Source: an uncultured Rhodothermales bacterium (GTDB taxonomy: Bacteria > Bacteroidota > Rhodothermia > Rhodothermales > CAYLXM01). From it: DNA of 18,799 bases. The DNA lies in contig CAYLXM010000058.1 in NCBI GenBank assembly GCA_964387555.1, positions 1-18,799 of the forward strand, read 5' to 3'. The translations under genes and the position numbers were made by a program. The notes beneath the pieces are model-generated. The model saw nothing but the letters and a program-made list of their open reading frames with translations, made no database searches and had not been told where the DNA came from. This document shows, piece by piece, positions 17,499 to 18,799 of the stretch. The number at the start of each line of letters is the position of its first letter. Position 1 is the first letter of the stretch.

Positions 17499-18737
17499 AT
17501 GGAAATCATTGTCATCTCCTTCGTTTCCATTGTCGCCATCCTGGCCGTTCTCGGCATCGTGAAGGCCAACCTGAAGATCTGCCAGCCCAATGAGGTCCTC
17601 ATCTTCAGCGGTCGCCGCCGGAGACTGCCCGATGGAACGACGGTCGGGTATCGGCAGATCAAAGGAGGGCGCGGCTTTCGGATTCCGCTGCTCGAGGCGG
17701 TGGATCGCCTCGAATTGACTACCATCCCCATCGACCTGAAAGTCGAGAACGCCTACTCGAAAGGGGGCATTCCGCTGACGGTCAGGGGCATCGCCAACGT
17801 GAAAGTCGCCTCCAGAGAGCCCGAGTTGAACAACGCCGTCGAGCGGCTTCTGGGAAAAAGCCGGGCGGAGATTGCGGAGATTGCAAAAGAAACGCTCGAG
17901 GGCAACCTGCGCGGCGTCGTCTCCCTGCTTACCCCCGAGGAGGTCAACGAAGACCGGCTGAAGTTCGCCAAGACGCTCATCGATGAAGCGGAGGAGGACA
18001 TGAGCGCACTGGGCATTCAGCTCGATACGCTCAAGATTCAGAGTGTGGAGGATGACCGCGGATATCTCGACGCAATCGGGCGGCAGCGCAGCGCGCAGAT
18101 CATCTCCACGGCGGAAATCGTGGAAGCGGAGAAGCGGCAGCAGGCACGGCTCGCCGAGGCGGAGGCCGATCAGTCCATCATCGAGGCGCAAACCCGCGTC
18201 CGGGTCCGGAAGGCCCAACTCGACGCGCAGGCCGAGGCGGAGGAGGCCAAGGTGTCGGTGGCCGCTCAGGTGGCACGGGCAAAGTCCGAGCAGGAACTCG
18301 CCGAGCAGGAGATCCTCCTGGCGGAGAAACGCCAGCGGAGCCTGGTCGTCGTCGTCGCCGAAGCGGAACGGCTTGCCAAGGAAGAGATCGCAAAGGGCAA
18401 TGCGGCCCGCATTGTGGAAGATGGCCGCGCCGAGGTCGACGTCCTCCGACAGAAACTCCAACTGTGGATCGAAGCGGGCGACGAAGCGGAAAAACTCTTC
18501 CTCATGCAGATGCTGCCCGACATCATGCGTGAAGTCGTGGGCACGGTCAAGGGCCTCAAAATCGATCGAATTACCGTGGTCGATAGCGCCGGTGGACAGG
18601 GCGGAGGGGGCGTGCCGGCCGTCTTCAACCAGATCGCCGGCTCTACCCCGGCCCTCCTGGAGAGCCTCAAGGCTTCGACCGGGATCGATATCGCCGGGCT
18701 TCTCAGCCGCGCCGCCAAAGAGAAGCAGGAAGAGTAG
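17499..18737 (+). CDS. Flotillin-like SPFH/Band-7 domain protein (FloT/YuaG-like) with an extended Ala/Glu-rich coiled-coil region.
   Basis: N-terminal TM (IIVISFVSIVAILAVLGIV), followed by an SPFH core (RIPLLEAVDRLELTTIPIDLKVENAYSKGGIPLTVRGIANVKV...). Then a long EA-rich heptad region (AEAEADQSIIEAQTRVRVRKAQLDAQAEAEEAK...) and a flotillin C-terminal tail. Confidence 0.85.
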   Translation: MEIIVISFVSIVAILAVLGIVKANLKICQPNEVLIFSGRRRRLPDGTTVGYRQIKGGRGFRIPLLEAVDRLELTTIPIDLKVENAYSKGGIPLTVRGIANVKVASREPELNNAVERLLGKSRAEIAEIAKETLEGNLRGVVSLLTPEEVNEDRLKFAKTLIDEAEEDMSALGIQLDTLKIQSVEDDRGYLDAIGRQRSAQIISTAEIVEAEKRQQARLAEAEADQSIIEAQTRVRVRKAQLDAQAEAEEAKVSVAAQVARAKSEQELAEQEILLAEKRQRSLVVVVAEAERLAKEEIAKGNAARIVEDGRAEVDVLRQKLQLWIEAGDEAEKLFLMQMLPDIMREVVGTVKGLKIDRITVVDSAGGQGGGGVPAVFNQIAGSTPALLESLKASTGIDIAGLLSRAAKEKQEE

Positions 18738-18745
18738 GTCTTGAA

Positions 18746-18799
18746 GGTCCGAGGGTCCGGGGGTCCGGGGGTCCGAAGTCGCTGGTGGATGGTGGATGG
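18746..18799. repeat. Short G-rich tandem repeats at the window edge: (GGGTCCG)-like heptamer x4-5, then TGGTGGA x2.
   Basis: aaggtccgagggtccgggggtccgggggtccgaagtcgctggtggatggtggatgg lies immediately after the flotillin stop. The window ends inside it. Confidence 0.5.

Noticed and set aside
1-18799. CRISPR arrays, tRNA/rRNA genes, IS elements and integrases.
   Set aside because: No regularly spaced direct repeats beyond the short ones listed, no tRNA-like cloverleaf segments, and no transposase- or integrase-like ORFs were seen in any frame.

Overview
High-GC window with few Shine-Dalgarno sequences, and the ORF track uses GTG/TTG alternative starts. It looks like Rhodothermus/Salinibacter-type Bacteroidota/Rhodothermota. 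The grounds are the two T9SS C-terminal sorting domains and a gene order matching what is published for Rhodothermus marinus.

On the minus strand, about 13.4 kb is one co-directional respiratory cluster, in transcription order: actA-actB-actC-actD-actE-actF (Alternative Complex III), a SCO1/SenC copper chaperone, then caa3-type cytochrome c oxidase genes (subunit II fused to cytochrome c, subunit I of the A2 type with a YS motif, subunit III, subunit IV). metF follows it. This ACIII plus caa3 arrangement is an already described system, not a new one.

At the left end, two translationally coupled T9SS cargo genes on the plus strand converge on metF. At the right end, a divergent 286-nt intergenic region separates actA from an nfeD-flotillin pair on the plus strand.

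What the coding features do not explain is regulatory. There is a perfect palindrome with flanking direct repeats in the divergent promoter region. There are AT-rich islands inside the cluster that could be internal promoters, a structured metF leader with a 28-bp direct repeat, and short tandem repeats at the right edge. Long antisense ORFs opposite the act/cox genes are treated as GC-driven artefacts. Start codons for several genes (ctaC, ctaD, ctaF, actA, actB, actC) are ambiguous.
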